Shown here: one piece after another, positions 1 to 7,361 of the stretch
Numbering within the stretch: the first letter of the stretch is position 1
Layout: each line of letters begins with the position of its first letter
NCBI GenBank assembly: GCA_044229145.1
Contig: JBGATO010000077.1
Location: 1 to 17,287, forward strand
Source of the DNA: Candidatus Eiseniibacteriota bacterium
Lineage (GTDB): Bacteria > Eisenbacteria > RBG-16-71-46 > CAZEPH01
Direction of reading: 5' to 3'
Length of the DNA stretch: 17,287 bases
Position numbers and translations under genes: made by a program
The notes under the pieces: model-generated
Told to the model about the DNA's origin: nothing
The model's database searches: none
The model's input: only the letters and a program-made list of their open reading frames with translations

Positions 1-16
1 GCCGGCGGGTCCGCCA

Positions 17-45
17 AGCATGACAGAGCCCGGCGACCGATGCAA
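17..45 (-). promoter_or_regulatory. Possible divergent sigma70-type promoter pointing out of the window
   Basis: The minus strand reads TTGCAT (45-40), a 17-nt spacer ending in TGT, then CATGCT (22-17). It overlaps the inverted repeat CCGGCGA/TCGCCGG (30-36/46-52). The downstream gene is not visible. Confidence 0.3.
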
Positions 46-64
46 TCGCCGGCCCCAAAACCCG

Positions 65-93
65 TTGACACGCCCCACCCGCCGCCCTAGTCT
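65..93 (+). promoter_or_regulatory. Sigma70-type promoter for the acidic protein/speB operon
   Basis: Perfect -35 TTGACA (65-70), 17-nt spacer, -10 TAGTCT (88-93). This is unlikely by chance in very GC-rich DNA. Confidence 0.75.
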
Positions 94-270
94 GCGCCCG
101 CTCGCGGCCGGGGGGCGGACGACACGCGCCCGGCGGGCCGCGCGTACCCCCGTGGCCGTGGCCCGCGGCTTCGTCCTTCAGTCAGCAGCCTGCGCTCCCG
201 ACAAAGAACGAAACCACGTGCCATCCACGAACTCGCGTTCTGTCACACGATTGCATCGGAGAGAACTGTC

Positions 271-522
271 ATGAAGAGGAAGTCGGGCTTCGACGACGAC
301 CGTCCGGCGCGCCGCAGTAGGGCATCCGAACCCGAGGACGAAGAAGACCGCTACTCCTGGTTGGAGTTCGACAAGAACGACGAGGAGGAGGAGGAAGAAG
401 GCTACGACGAGGAGTTGGAGGAAGACGAACTCGACGACGACTTCCTCGACGACGAAGACGCCTTCGAAGACGAGCAGGACGAAGAACTCGATTTCGGCGA
501 GCTGGGCGACGACGACGAGTAG
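271..522 (+). CDS. Small, highly acidic (Asp/Glu-rich) hypothetical protein, 83 aa
   Basis: ATG preceded by GGAGAG; GC-ending codons (gac/gag/ttc/ctc); lies downstream of a strong promoter. It has a basic N-terminus followed by a polyacidic tail. Confidence 0.7.
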   Translation: MKRKSGFDDDRPARRSRASEPEDEEDRYSWLEFDKNDEEEEEEGYDEELEEDELDDDFLDDEDAFEDEQDEELDFGELGDDDE

Positions 523-576
523 TTGCGCCCCGCGTCGCGGCACGCTGTGGACATTCGACCGCCAGGAGGGAAGCTG

Positions 577-1503
577 ATGGCGACAGACACCGGAGCGCCA
601 TCGGCGGACCACCTGGCGTTTGCCGTTCCGCGCAATTACTTGGGCTTGCCCGACGAGTTGAGCGCGCTGGACACCAGCCGCGTCGTCGTGCTGCCGATTC
701 CGTACGACCGCACGACGTCCTACATGCCGGGCGCCCGATTCGGCCCGCGCGCGGTGATCGACGCGTCGCGCAACCTCGAGACCTACGACGACGAGCTCGA
801 CCTCGACCCGAGCGAGTTCGGCATCCACACGCTGCCCGAACTCGAGGCGCCGGCCGCCGACCCCGCCACCGTGGTCGGCGAGATCCGCGAGGCCGCGCGC
901 TGGGTGTTGTCGATGGAGAACAAGTTCTTGGTGTCCATCGGCGGCGATCACTCGTGCTCGATCGGCGTCCTCGAGGCGCACGCCGAGAAGTACGACAACC
1001 TGTCGATCGTTCAGTTCGACGCCCACGCCGACATCAAGGAGACGTGGGAAGGCAGCGAGTTCTCGCACGCCTGCGTCATGCGGCCGATGGGCCAGCGCGC
1101 CAAGCGCGTGTTGTCGATCGGCATCCGCTCGATGAACCGCGAGGAAGCCGCGTACATCAAGACGCGCCCCGAGGTCGAGATCCTCAAGGTGCAGCGGTTG
1201 CGCAACGATCCCGCCGCCCTCGAAGCCGCCATCGACAAACTCAGCGAGAACGTCTACCTGACGATGGACGTCGATGGCTTCGACCCGTCGATCATCCCGG
1301 CCACCGGCACACCGGAGCCCGGCGGACTGCTGTGGCACGAAGGCCTCGAGATCTTGCGGATGCTTGCGTCGAAGCGCCGCATCGTCGGATTCGACGTGAT
1401 GGAGCTGGCGCCGATTCCGGGCGTCGTCGCGTCGGACTTCGTGGTGGCGAAACTGATCTACAAGACGCTTGGCTACATCGCGGCGAACGGTGGGCTGGGG
1501 TAG
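577..1503 (+). CDS. speB: Agmatinase (ureohydrolase/arginase family)
   Basis: Motifs PYDRTTSYMPGARFGP, GGDHS, FDAHAD, SHA, DVDGFDP, ATGTPEPGG and DVMELAP. Start moved to ATG 577, after the AGGAGG RBS. Confidence 0.9.
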   Translation: MATDTGAPSADHLAFAVPRNYLGLPDELSALDTSRVVVLPIPYDRTTSYMPGARFGPRAVIDASRNLETYDDELDLDPSEFGIHTLPELEAPAADPATVVGEIREAARWVLSMENKFLVSIGGDHSCSIGVLEAHAEKYDNLSIVQFDAHADIKETWEGSEFSHACVMRPMGQRAKRVLSIGIRSMNREEAAYIKTRPEVEILKVQRLRNDPAALEAAIDKLSENVYLTMDVDGFDPSIIPATGTPEPGGLLWHEGLEILRMLASKRRIVGFDVMELAPIPGVVASDFVVAKLIYKTLGYIAANGGLG

Positions 1504-1529
1504 GGCGTGCCGTCGTCGACCGCATCGCC

Positions 1530-1557
1530 AGGGCCGGGGAGATCCCCGGCCCTTTTT
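1530..1557 (+). terminator. Rho-independent terminator after speB
   Basis: GGGCCGGGG-AGAT-CCCCGGCCC perfect stem followed by TTTTT. Confidence 0.9.
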
Positions 1558-1570
1558 CGTGCGCACGCTG

Positions 1571-1600
1571 GTGACAATAGGCACACACGACGGGTAGACT
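1571..1600 (+). promoter_or_regulatory. Promoter for the toxin-antitoxin operon, probably leaderless
   Basis: GTGACA (1571-1576), 18 nt, TAGACT (1595-1600), then 6 nt to ATG 1607 with no Shine-Dalgarno. Confidence 0.55.
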
Positions 1601-1606
1601 TGGCCG

Positions 1607-1879
1607 ATGAAACCTTTTCGGTGGAGCGCCGAGAAAGGCGACATGCTGACCGCCCGTCGCGGGATCTCCTTCGAGCAGATCGTCGCGGCAATTCTGCATG
1701 GGGGCGTGCTGGACATCCTCGCGCATCCCAACGCGGCGAAGTTTCCACGGCAAAAGGTGATGGTCGTCGAGTGCGATGGATATGCGTATCTCGTGCCCTA
1801 CGTCGAGGAACGCGAGTACCTCTTCCTCAAGACGATCATCCCCAGCCGCAAGGCAACGCGAGACTATCTCTCTGAGTGA
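1607..1879 (+). CDS. Type II toxin, BrnT-like (RelE-fold ribonuclease)
   Basis: F.W..EK...L...RGISFE N-terminus, HPN, YAYLVPYVE and FLKTIIPSRKATRDYL C-terminus. A 90-aa gene directly upstream of an RHH protein. Confidence 0.8.
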   Translation: MKPFRWSAEKGDMLTARRGISFEQIVAAILHGGVLDILAHPNAAKFPRQKVMVVECDGYAYLVPYVEEREYLFLKTIIPSRKATRDYLSE

Positions 1880-1887
1880 GGCACGGC

Positions 1888-2175
1888 GTGAAGCACGATG
1901 ACAAAGACGAACGCGAGATTCTGCGCGAGTACGAACGTGGCGCGCTGCGATCGGTCGCCACGAAGTCGGAGCTGGCCAAGCTGCGGGCGGCCGCGCGCGC
2001 GACGGCGCTGAAGGACAAGCGGGTGAACATTCGGCTCTCCGCCGGGGATCTGCGCGACATCCAGGCGCGCGCGCTCGAAGAGGGCATTCCGTACCAGACG
2101 CTGATCGCCAGCGTGCTGCACAAATACGTCTCTGGCCGGTTCGCGGAACGGTCGCGGCCCAGCCGCGCGCGGTGA
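1888..2175 (+). CDS. Type II antitoxin with C-terminal ribbon-helix-helix (CopG/BrnA-like)
   Basis: KDKRVNIRLS..DL..IQARALEEGIPYQTLIASVLHKY RHH pattern. GTG 1888 follows GAGG; the alternative GTG 1876 overlaps the toxin stop. Confidence 0.8.
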   Translation: MKHDDKDEREILREYERGALRSVATKSELAKLRAAARATALKDKRVNIRLSAGDLRDIQARALEEGIPYQTLIASVLHKYVSGRFAERSRPSRAR

Positions 2176-2197
2176 GCGCGGCGACAGGGGGATCGAG

Positions 2198-3196
2198 ATG
2201 ACGCACCGCACCATCGCCGGCCGTGAGGTCGGCGCCATCGGCCTTGGCTGCATGGGCATGAGTTGGGTCTACACCGGACCGGTGAACGAATCCGCCGCCG
2301 TGCTCGATCGCGCACTCGGGCTCGGCGTGAATTTCTGGGACACCGCCGACGTGTACGGCTCCGGCGCCAACGAGACGCTGATCGGCCCGGCGGTGCGCGC
2401 GCATCGCGACGAGGTCTTCCTCGCGACCAAGTTCGGCAACGTGTTCGACCGCGCGCTGACCTCGCATCAGGACCTCGTCGCCGCGGGCGATCAGTGGATC
2501 GTCGACGGCACGCCGGCCTACGCGCGGCGCTGTGTCGAGGCGAGCTTGCGACGGCTCGGCGTCGACGTGATCGACCTCTACTACCTCCACCGCGTCGATC
2601 CGCGCGTGCCGATCGAGGAGACGGTCGGCGCCATGGCGGAGTTCGTGCGCGAAGGGAAGGTGCGGCACATTGGCTTGAGCGAAGTCGGCGTGCCGACGCT
2701 CGCACGCGCACGCGCCGTGCATCCGATCGCCGCCGTGCAGAACGAGCTGTCGCTGTGGACGCGTGACTCGCTCGACGACGTGATGCCATACTGCGAGCGC
2801 GAGGGCATCGCCTTCGTCGCGTACTCGCCGCTCGGCCGCGGCTACCTCACCGGCGCGCTGCGCTCGCGCGCCGACCTCGCCGACGACGATTGGCGCCGCA
2901 ATCACCCGCGCTTCTCCGACGAGAACTTCGCGGCGAACTGGCGTCTCGTCGAAGCCGTCGAGGCGCTTGCCGCGGCGCGCGGCGTGCCGGCGTCGCAGGT
3001 GGCGCTCGCCTGGGTGCTGCAACGCAGCCCCGCGACGCGGCCGATTCCCGGCACCAAACGCGTCGCCTATCTCGAGTCGAACGCCGCCGCCGCCACGCTC
3101 ACGCTGAGCGCCGAGGAGATGGCCGCGCTCGACGCGCTCGGCGAAGCGCAGGGCACGCGCTACGCGGCGCCGGGCATGCGGTTCGTCAAGGCGTGA
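2198..3196 (+). CDS. Aldo/keto reductase
   Basis: GLGCMGMS, DTADVYG, ATKFG, IDLYYLHR, IGLSE, YSPLGRG and IPGTKR motifs; the Asp/Tyr/Lys/His catalytic tetrad is present. Confidence 0.93.
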   Translation: MTHRTIAGREVGAIGLGCMGMSWVYTGPVNESAAVLDRALGLGVNFWDTADVYGSGANETLIGPAVRAHRDEVFLATKFGNVFDRALTSHQDLVAAGDQWIVDGTPAYARRCVEASLRRLGVDVIDLYYLHRVDPRVPIEETVGAMAEFVREGKVRHIGLSEVGVPTLARARAVHPIAAVQNELSLWTRDSLDDVMPYCEREGIAFVAYSPLGRGYLTGALRSRADLADDDWRRNHPRFSDENFAANWRLVEAVEALAAARGVPASQVALAWVLQRSPATRPIPGTKRVAYLESNAAAATLTLSAEEMAALDALGEAQGTRYAAPGMRFVKA

Positions 3197-3522
3197 CACT
3201 CGCGCAGGCACGGCGCTTCGCCCTCTCACTCGCCGAGACGTCCGAAGAGCCGCATCACCACCTCTCGTCGTTCCGCGTCGCCGGCAAGATCTTCGCGACC
3301 GTGCCGCCGGAGGGCACGCACCTCCGCATCTTCGTCGAAGACGCGGCGCGCGAACGCGCCCTCGCCGCGCGGCCCGGCGCCTTCGCGAAATTGTGGTGGG
3401 GGCAGAAGGTCATGGGCCTCGAGGTCACGCTCGCCGACGCGCCAGCGGCGATGGTGAAGGATCTGCTGCTCGAGGCGTGGCGCGCGAAGGCCCCGAAGCG
3501 TCTGCTGCGCGACACGACCTGA
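3193..3522 (+). CDS. MmcQ/YjbR family protein
   Basis: GTGA overlap with the AKR stop. Pattern R.FALSL....E..H....SFRV.GKIFAT ... LL.EAW...APKRL. Confidence 0.8.
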   Translation: MTLAQARRFALSLAETSEEPHHHLSSFRVAGKIFATVPPEGTHLRIFVEDAARERALAARPGAFAKLWWGQKVMGLEVTLADAPAAMVKDLLLEAWRAKAPKRLLRDTT

Positions 3523-3565
3523 CAGCCGCCACTCTTGACGCATCGCCCCGCGATTGCTTTCCTCG

Positions 3566-3574
3566 TGGTACGGT
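3566..3574 (+). promoter_or_regulatory. Possible extended -10 promoter for the NCS1 operon
   Basis: TG-G-TACGGT in the intergenic gap, about 60 nt upstream of the inferred start. Confidence 0.3.
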
Positions 3575-3635
3575 CGAGCCGCGCGACGCACCACGGCGCG
3601 GACCGCGCATCGCGTCCCCCACGAGGAGGTCCACC

Positions 3636-5102
3636 CTGACGCCACCCCGCCACGTCGCCCACGCCGACGGCCGCGTCGAGCTCACCGATCACTCGCGCAT
3701 CGACGCCAGCCCGCTCAGCAATCCCGACCTCGCGCCCGTCCCGCTCAAAGACCGCACCTGGACGACCTACAACTACGCGGCGCTGTGGATCTCGATGGCG
3801 CATTGCATCCCGACCTACATGCTCGCCTCGGGCCTGATGGCCAGCGGCATGAGTTGGGGGCAGGCGCTATTCACGATCCTCCTCGGCAACACCATCGTGC
3901 TCATCCCGATCCTGCTCAATTCGCATCCGGGGACGAAGTACGGCATTCCGTTCCCGGTGTTCGCGCGCGCCGCCTACGGCACCGTCGGGTCGAACTTGCC
4001 GGCGCTCATGCGCGCCATCGTCGCGTGCGGCTGGTTCGGCATCCAAGCGTGGATTGGCGGCGAAGCGCTCGACACCTTCTTCCGCGTCATCATTCCGGGG
4101 TGGGAGCATCTGCTCGGTCCCGGCTTCGGCGGCCACACCGGCACCGATTGGCTGTCATTCCTGCTCTTCTGGGGCATCAACATCGCGATCATCTACCGCG
4201 GCATGAACCTGCTGCGCGAGGTCGAGAACTGGGCGGCGCCGTTCGTGCTCGTGATGGCCGGCGTGCTGGTCGTGTGGGCGGTGCGCGAGGCGCATGGCTT
4301 CGGGCCACTGCTCGCGGGACAGGGCAAGTTCCGCACCCTCGGCGAGTTCTTTCCGGTGTTCGTGCCGTCGCTCACCGCGATGATCGGCTTCTGGGCGACG
4401 CTGTCGCTCAACATGCCGGACTTCACGCGCTTCGGCCGCAGCCAGCGCGAGCAGATCGTCGGCCAGGTGGTCGCGCTGCCCACCACGATGTCGGTGTTCG
4501 CGGCGATGGGCGTGCTGATTACCAGCGCCACCGTCATCATCTACGGCGAAGCGATCTGGGACCCGGTCAAACTCGTCGCCAAGTTCAGCCAGCCGCTCGT
4601 CGTGGCCATCGCGATGTTCACCGCCGTCGTGGCGACGCTCGCGGTCAACATCGCCGCCAACGTCGTCTCGCCAGCGAATGACTTCGCCAACGCGTTCCCG
4701 CGGCTGATTCGCTTCAAGACCGGCGGGCTGATCACCGGCTTGCTCGGCATCGCGATGCAGCCGTGGAAGCTGCTCGCCGACCCGAGCGGCTACATCTTCA
4801 CCTGGCTGCTCGGCTACAGCGGCGGGCTCGGCTCGATCGCCGGCGTGCTGATCGCCGACTACTGGCTGGTGCGCAAGTGCGAGCTGCACCTCGAGGATCT
4901 CTACCTGCCCGAGGGCGCGTACCGCTACGCCGGCGGCTGGAACTGGCGCGCCGTGGTGGCGACGCTGGCCGGGTGCGCGCTGGCGTGGGGCGGGCTCGTG
5001 GTGCCGGCGCTCAAGCCGCTGTACTCGTACGCGTGGTTTGTCGGGTTCGCGGTGGCGGGGCTGGTGCACTGGGCGCTGAGCATCGGTAGCACGCGTCGAT
5101 GA
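3636..5102 (+). CDS. NCS1 family nucleobase:cation symporter (hydantoin/allantoin/uracil permease)
   Basis: N.DLAP....RTW...NY..LW, HPGTKYGIPFPVFARAAYG, RAIVACGWFGIQAWIGG, FWATLSLNMPDFTRF and NIAANVVSPANDF motifs, with many hydrophobic segments. Start inferred at an in-frame CTG 5 nt after AGGAGGT. Confidence 0.9.
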   Translation: MTPPRHVAHADGRVELTDHSRIDASPLSNPDLAPVPLKDRTWTTYNYAALWISMAHCIPTYMLASGLMASGMSWGQALFTILLGNTIVLIPILLNSHPGTKYGIPFPVFARAAYGTVGSNLPALMRAIVACGWFGIQAWIGGEALDTFFRVIIPGWEHLLGPGFGGHTGTDWLSFLLFWGINIAIIYRGMNLLREVENWAAPFVLVMAGVLVVWAVREAHGFGPLLAGQGKFRTLGEFFPVFVPSLTAMIGFWATLSLNMPDFTRFGRSQREQIVGQVVALPTTMSVFAAMGVLITSATVIIYGEAIWDPVKLVAKFSQPLVVAIAMFTAVVATLAVNIAANVVSPANDFANAFPRLIRFKTGGLITGLLGIAMQPWKLLADPSGYIFTWLLGYSGGLGSIAGVLIADYWLVRKCELHLEDLYLPEGAYRYAGGWNWRAVVATLAGCALAWGGLVVPALKPLYSYAWFVGFAVAGLVHWALSIGSTRR

Positions 5103-5905
5103 AAGTCACGCGATGGGGCATCGCAGCAATGCTGGCGCTTGCACCCACCGCGTCCGCGACGCCGCCGCGCACCGCGAGCTTCGTGTGCTCGGTGACCTCG
5201 GTCACCACCGACCGCAAGGGCAAGCAGTCGTCGCAACCGCCGATCGTCGCGCGCACCGTCGTGCACGGCGATTCGGCGCGCGCCGAGTTCACGCAAGCCA
5301 GCGGCGACTTCCACGCCGGCGACTACCTGCTCACCGTCGACGGCGCGCGCACCATCTACTCGGTGCGCGTCGCAAAGCGCAGCTACTCGGTCATCCGTCC
5401 GCTGGAGATGGGTCCGACGCTCGCCAAGTCGATGCGCCGTGGCCTCATCAAAATCAAGGCGGATCGCGCCGCCGCGGAGTTCACACGCATCCCGGGCGAC
5501 GACACGCACGACGGCCGAGCCGTGCAACACACGCAGGTGCGCCGCGAGTTCACCATCGCCGCCAAAGTACTGCTGCTCACCAAACACATCACGACGCGCG
5601 AGACGATCGACCGCTGGGCCGCGCCCTCGCTCACCGGCCTGCCGAATCCGCTCGGTGACATGTTCGTCGCGATCCTCGAATCACCATCGTTCGTCGACGA
5701 GACGCTGGCGCGCAAGGCGGTCGCCTACCGCGACAGCGTCGGCCCCGCGATGCCGCTGCGCGTGGTCCACCGGCTCCACACCGGCGATCCCGGCAAGGAG
5801 ACCCAGACCGTGACGACCATCGAAACGCACGAGGTCGCGCTGGATATCCCGTTGCCCGCCACACGCTTCGCCCTCCCGGCCGGATTCACCGAGAGCGACA
5901 AGTAG
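5099..5905 (+). CDS. Secreted/periplasmic hypothetical protein (beta-rich, loosely DUF4412-like)
   Basis: ATGA overlap with the NCS1 stop; signal peptide MKVTRWGIAAMLALAPTASA; C-terminal F.LPAGF motif. Confidence 0.65.
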   Translation: MKVTRWGIAAMLALAPTASATPPRTASFVCSVTSVTTDRKGKQSSQPPIVARTVVHGDSARAEFTQASGDFHAGDYLLTVDGARTIYSVRVAKRSYSVIRPLEMGPTLAKSMRRGLIKIKADRAAAEFTRIPGDDTHDGRAVQHTQVRREFTIAAKVLLLTKHITTRETIDRWAAPSLTGLPNPLGDMFVAILESPSFVDETLARKAVAYRDSVGPAMPLRVVHRLHTGDPGKETQTVTTIETHEVALDIPLPATRFALPAGFTESDK

Positions 5906-6177
5906 CGCTCAGCGATGGTCCCGTGGCCGGGCGAAACGCCGCCACGCACGCGACCGCCAGATGCTACAGTGTGTCCGCGCTCGCCCGTGGCACCGCCGCC
6001 GGCACGCGCCGTTGCGCTCACCTCGCGCGACGTTGGAAGCGCCGCGCCTCGCACCTCGCGATGCGCGGAGGCTTGCCTCCCAACCCCGGGCCTGGTGGCG
6101 CCGGGCACATTGGCGTGGCGAAGCTGTCGCACGATCGAGCCACCGTGGAGGCCGGCGCTGGGCGCCGGACCCTGAGC

Positions 6178-7359
6178 ATGTCGAGTGTCATCCTCAAGAA
6201 GAACCAAGACCGCCGGATTCGCGGCGGCCACCCGTGGGTGTTCTCCAACGAAATCGCCGGCTACGAAGGCCAGGTCGAAGATGGCGGCATCGTCGATGTC
6301 GTCGATGCGCGCGGCGCGTTCATCGCCCGCGGCTTCCTCAACCGCCACTCGCTGATCGCGGTGCGCGTGTTGACGCGCAAGACCGAACCGCTCACCGCCG
6401 AGTTCTTCCAGCGCCGCTTCGAGCAGGCGGTGCAGTACCGCGACGCGCTGTACCCCGGCGCCGACGCGGTGCGCATCGTCGCGGGCGAAGGGGATCACCT
6501 GCCCGGCCTGTTCATCGACAAGTACGGCGACTACCTCGTCGTGCAGGCGACGTCGCTCGGCATGGACGTGCGCCTGAAGGAAATCGCCGAGCCGCTGCGC
6601 GCGGTAACCGGCGCGGCCGGCGCGCTGGCGCGCTGCGACCAGCCGGCGCGTTCGCTCGAAGGCATGGGCCCGCGTGTCGAGACGCTGTGGGGCGAAGTGC
6701 CCGAGGAGATCGTCGTGCACGAGGGCGACATCGAACTCGCGGTGCACACGCGCGCCGGGCAGAAGACCGGCATGTACCTCGACCAGCGCGACAACCGCGC
6801 GCGCTTGGCGCGGCACCTGAGCGGCATGAAGGAGCCGAAGGTGCTCGACATGTTCTGCTACAGCGGGCTGTGGTCGCTCTCGGCGTTGAAGGCGGGCGCG
6901 GCGACGAGTCTCGGTGTCGACTCGTCGGGCCCGGCGATCGTCACCGCGCGGCAGAACGCCGAGCGCAACGGCCTCAGCGACCGCGCGCACTTCGTGGAAG
7001 CCGATGCCTTCGACGAACTCAAGCGCTTCGAGCGCAGCCGCGAACGCTACGACGTCATCATCCTCGACCCGCCGCCGCTGGTGCGGTCGAAGAAGGACCT
7101 GGCGGCCGGCATCCGCGCGTACCGCGATCTCAACATCCGCGCGCTGCGACTCCTCGCGCCGGGCGGTTTGCTGGTGAGCTGCACCTGCTCGCACAACGTG
7201 CAGCGCGAGTACTTCCTCGGCATGTTGCTCGAGGCGCAGCGCCACGCGCGGCGGCCGGCGAAGTTGCTCGAGACCGGCATGCAGTCGCTCGACCATCCGG
7301 TGTTGATGGCGGCGGCGGAGACGTCCTACCTGACGGCGGCGTTCCTGCGCGTCTCGTAG
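6178..7359 (+). CDS. rlmI: RlmI-like class I SAM-dependent rRNA (m5C1962-type) methyltransferase with PUA domain
   Basis: GHPWVFSNEI, GQKTGMYLDQRDNR, VLDMFCYSG, DVIILDPP and SCTCSH motifs. Start placed at ATG 6178 (MSSVILKK), where family similarity begins. Confidence 0.87.
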   Translation: MSSVILKKNQDRRIRGGHPWVFSNEIAGYEGQVEDGGIVDVVDARGAFIARGFLNRHSLIAVRVLTRKTEPLTAEFFQRRFEQAVQYRDALYPGADAVRIVAGEGDHLPGLFIDKYGDYLVVQATSLGMDVRLKEIAEPLRAVTGAAGALARCDQPARSLEGMGPRVETLWGEVPEEIVVHEGDIELAVHTRAGQKTGMYLDQRDNRARLARHLSGMKEPKVLDMFCYSGLWSLSALKAGAATSLGVDSSGPAIVTARQNAERNGLSDRAHFVEADAFDELKRFERSRERYDVIILDPPPLVRSKKDLAAGIRAYRDLNIRALRLLAPGGLLVSCTCSHNVQREYFLGMLLEAQRHARRPAKLLETGMQSLDHPVLMAAAETSYLTAAFLRVS

Positions 7360-7361
7360 CG

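Noticed and set aside
116..150. CGGACGA...GTACCC resemblance to guanidine-II/III riboswitches
   Set aside because: There are no paired ACGR-loop hairpins and I cannot build the compact guanidine-III pseudoknot. Kept only as an unclassified leader candidate.
370..520. GAC/GAG/GAA trinucleotide runs as a microsatellite or CRISPR-like repeat
   Set aside because: The mixed synonymous codons are explained by an Asp/Glu-rich protein, and there is no repeat-spacer structure.
3535..3563. TTGACG as the -35 of an NCS1 promoter
   Set aside because: The hexamer at 17-nt spacing (TTTCCT) lacks the conserved A of a -10 box.
5915..6175. 86-aa ORF filling the gap before rlmI
   Set aside because: It is Pro/Arg/Ala-rich with no RBS, no motif and atypical codon usage.
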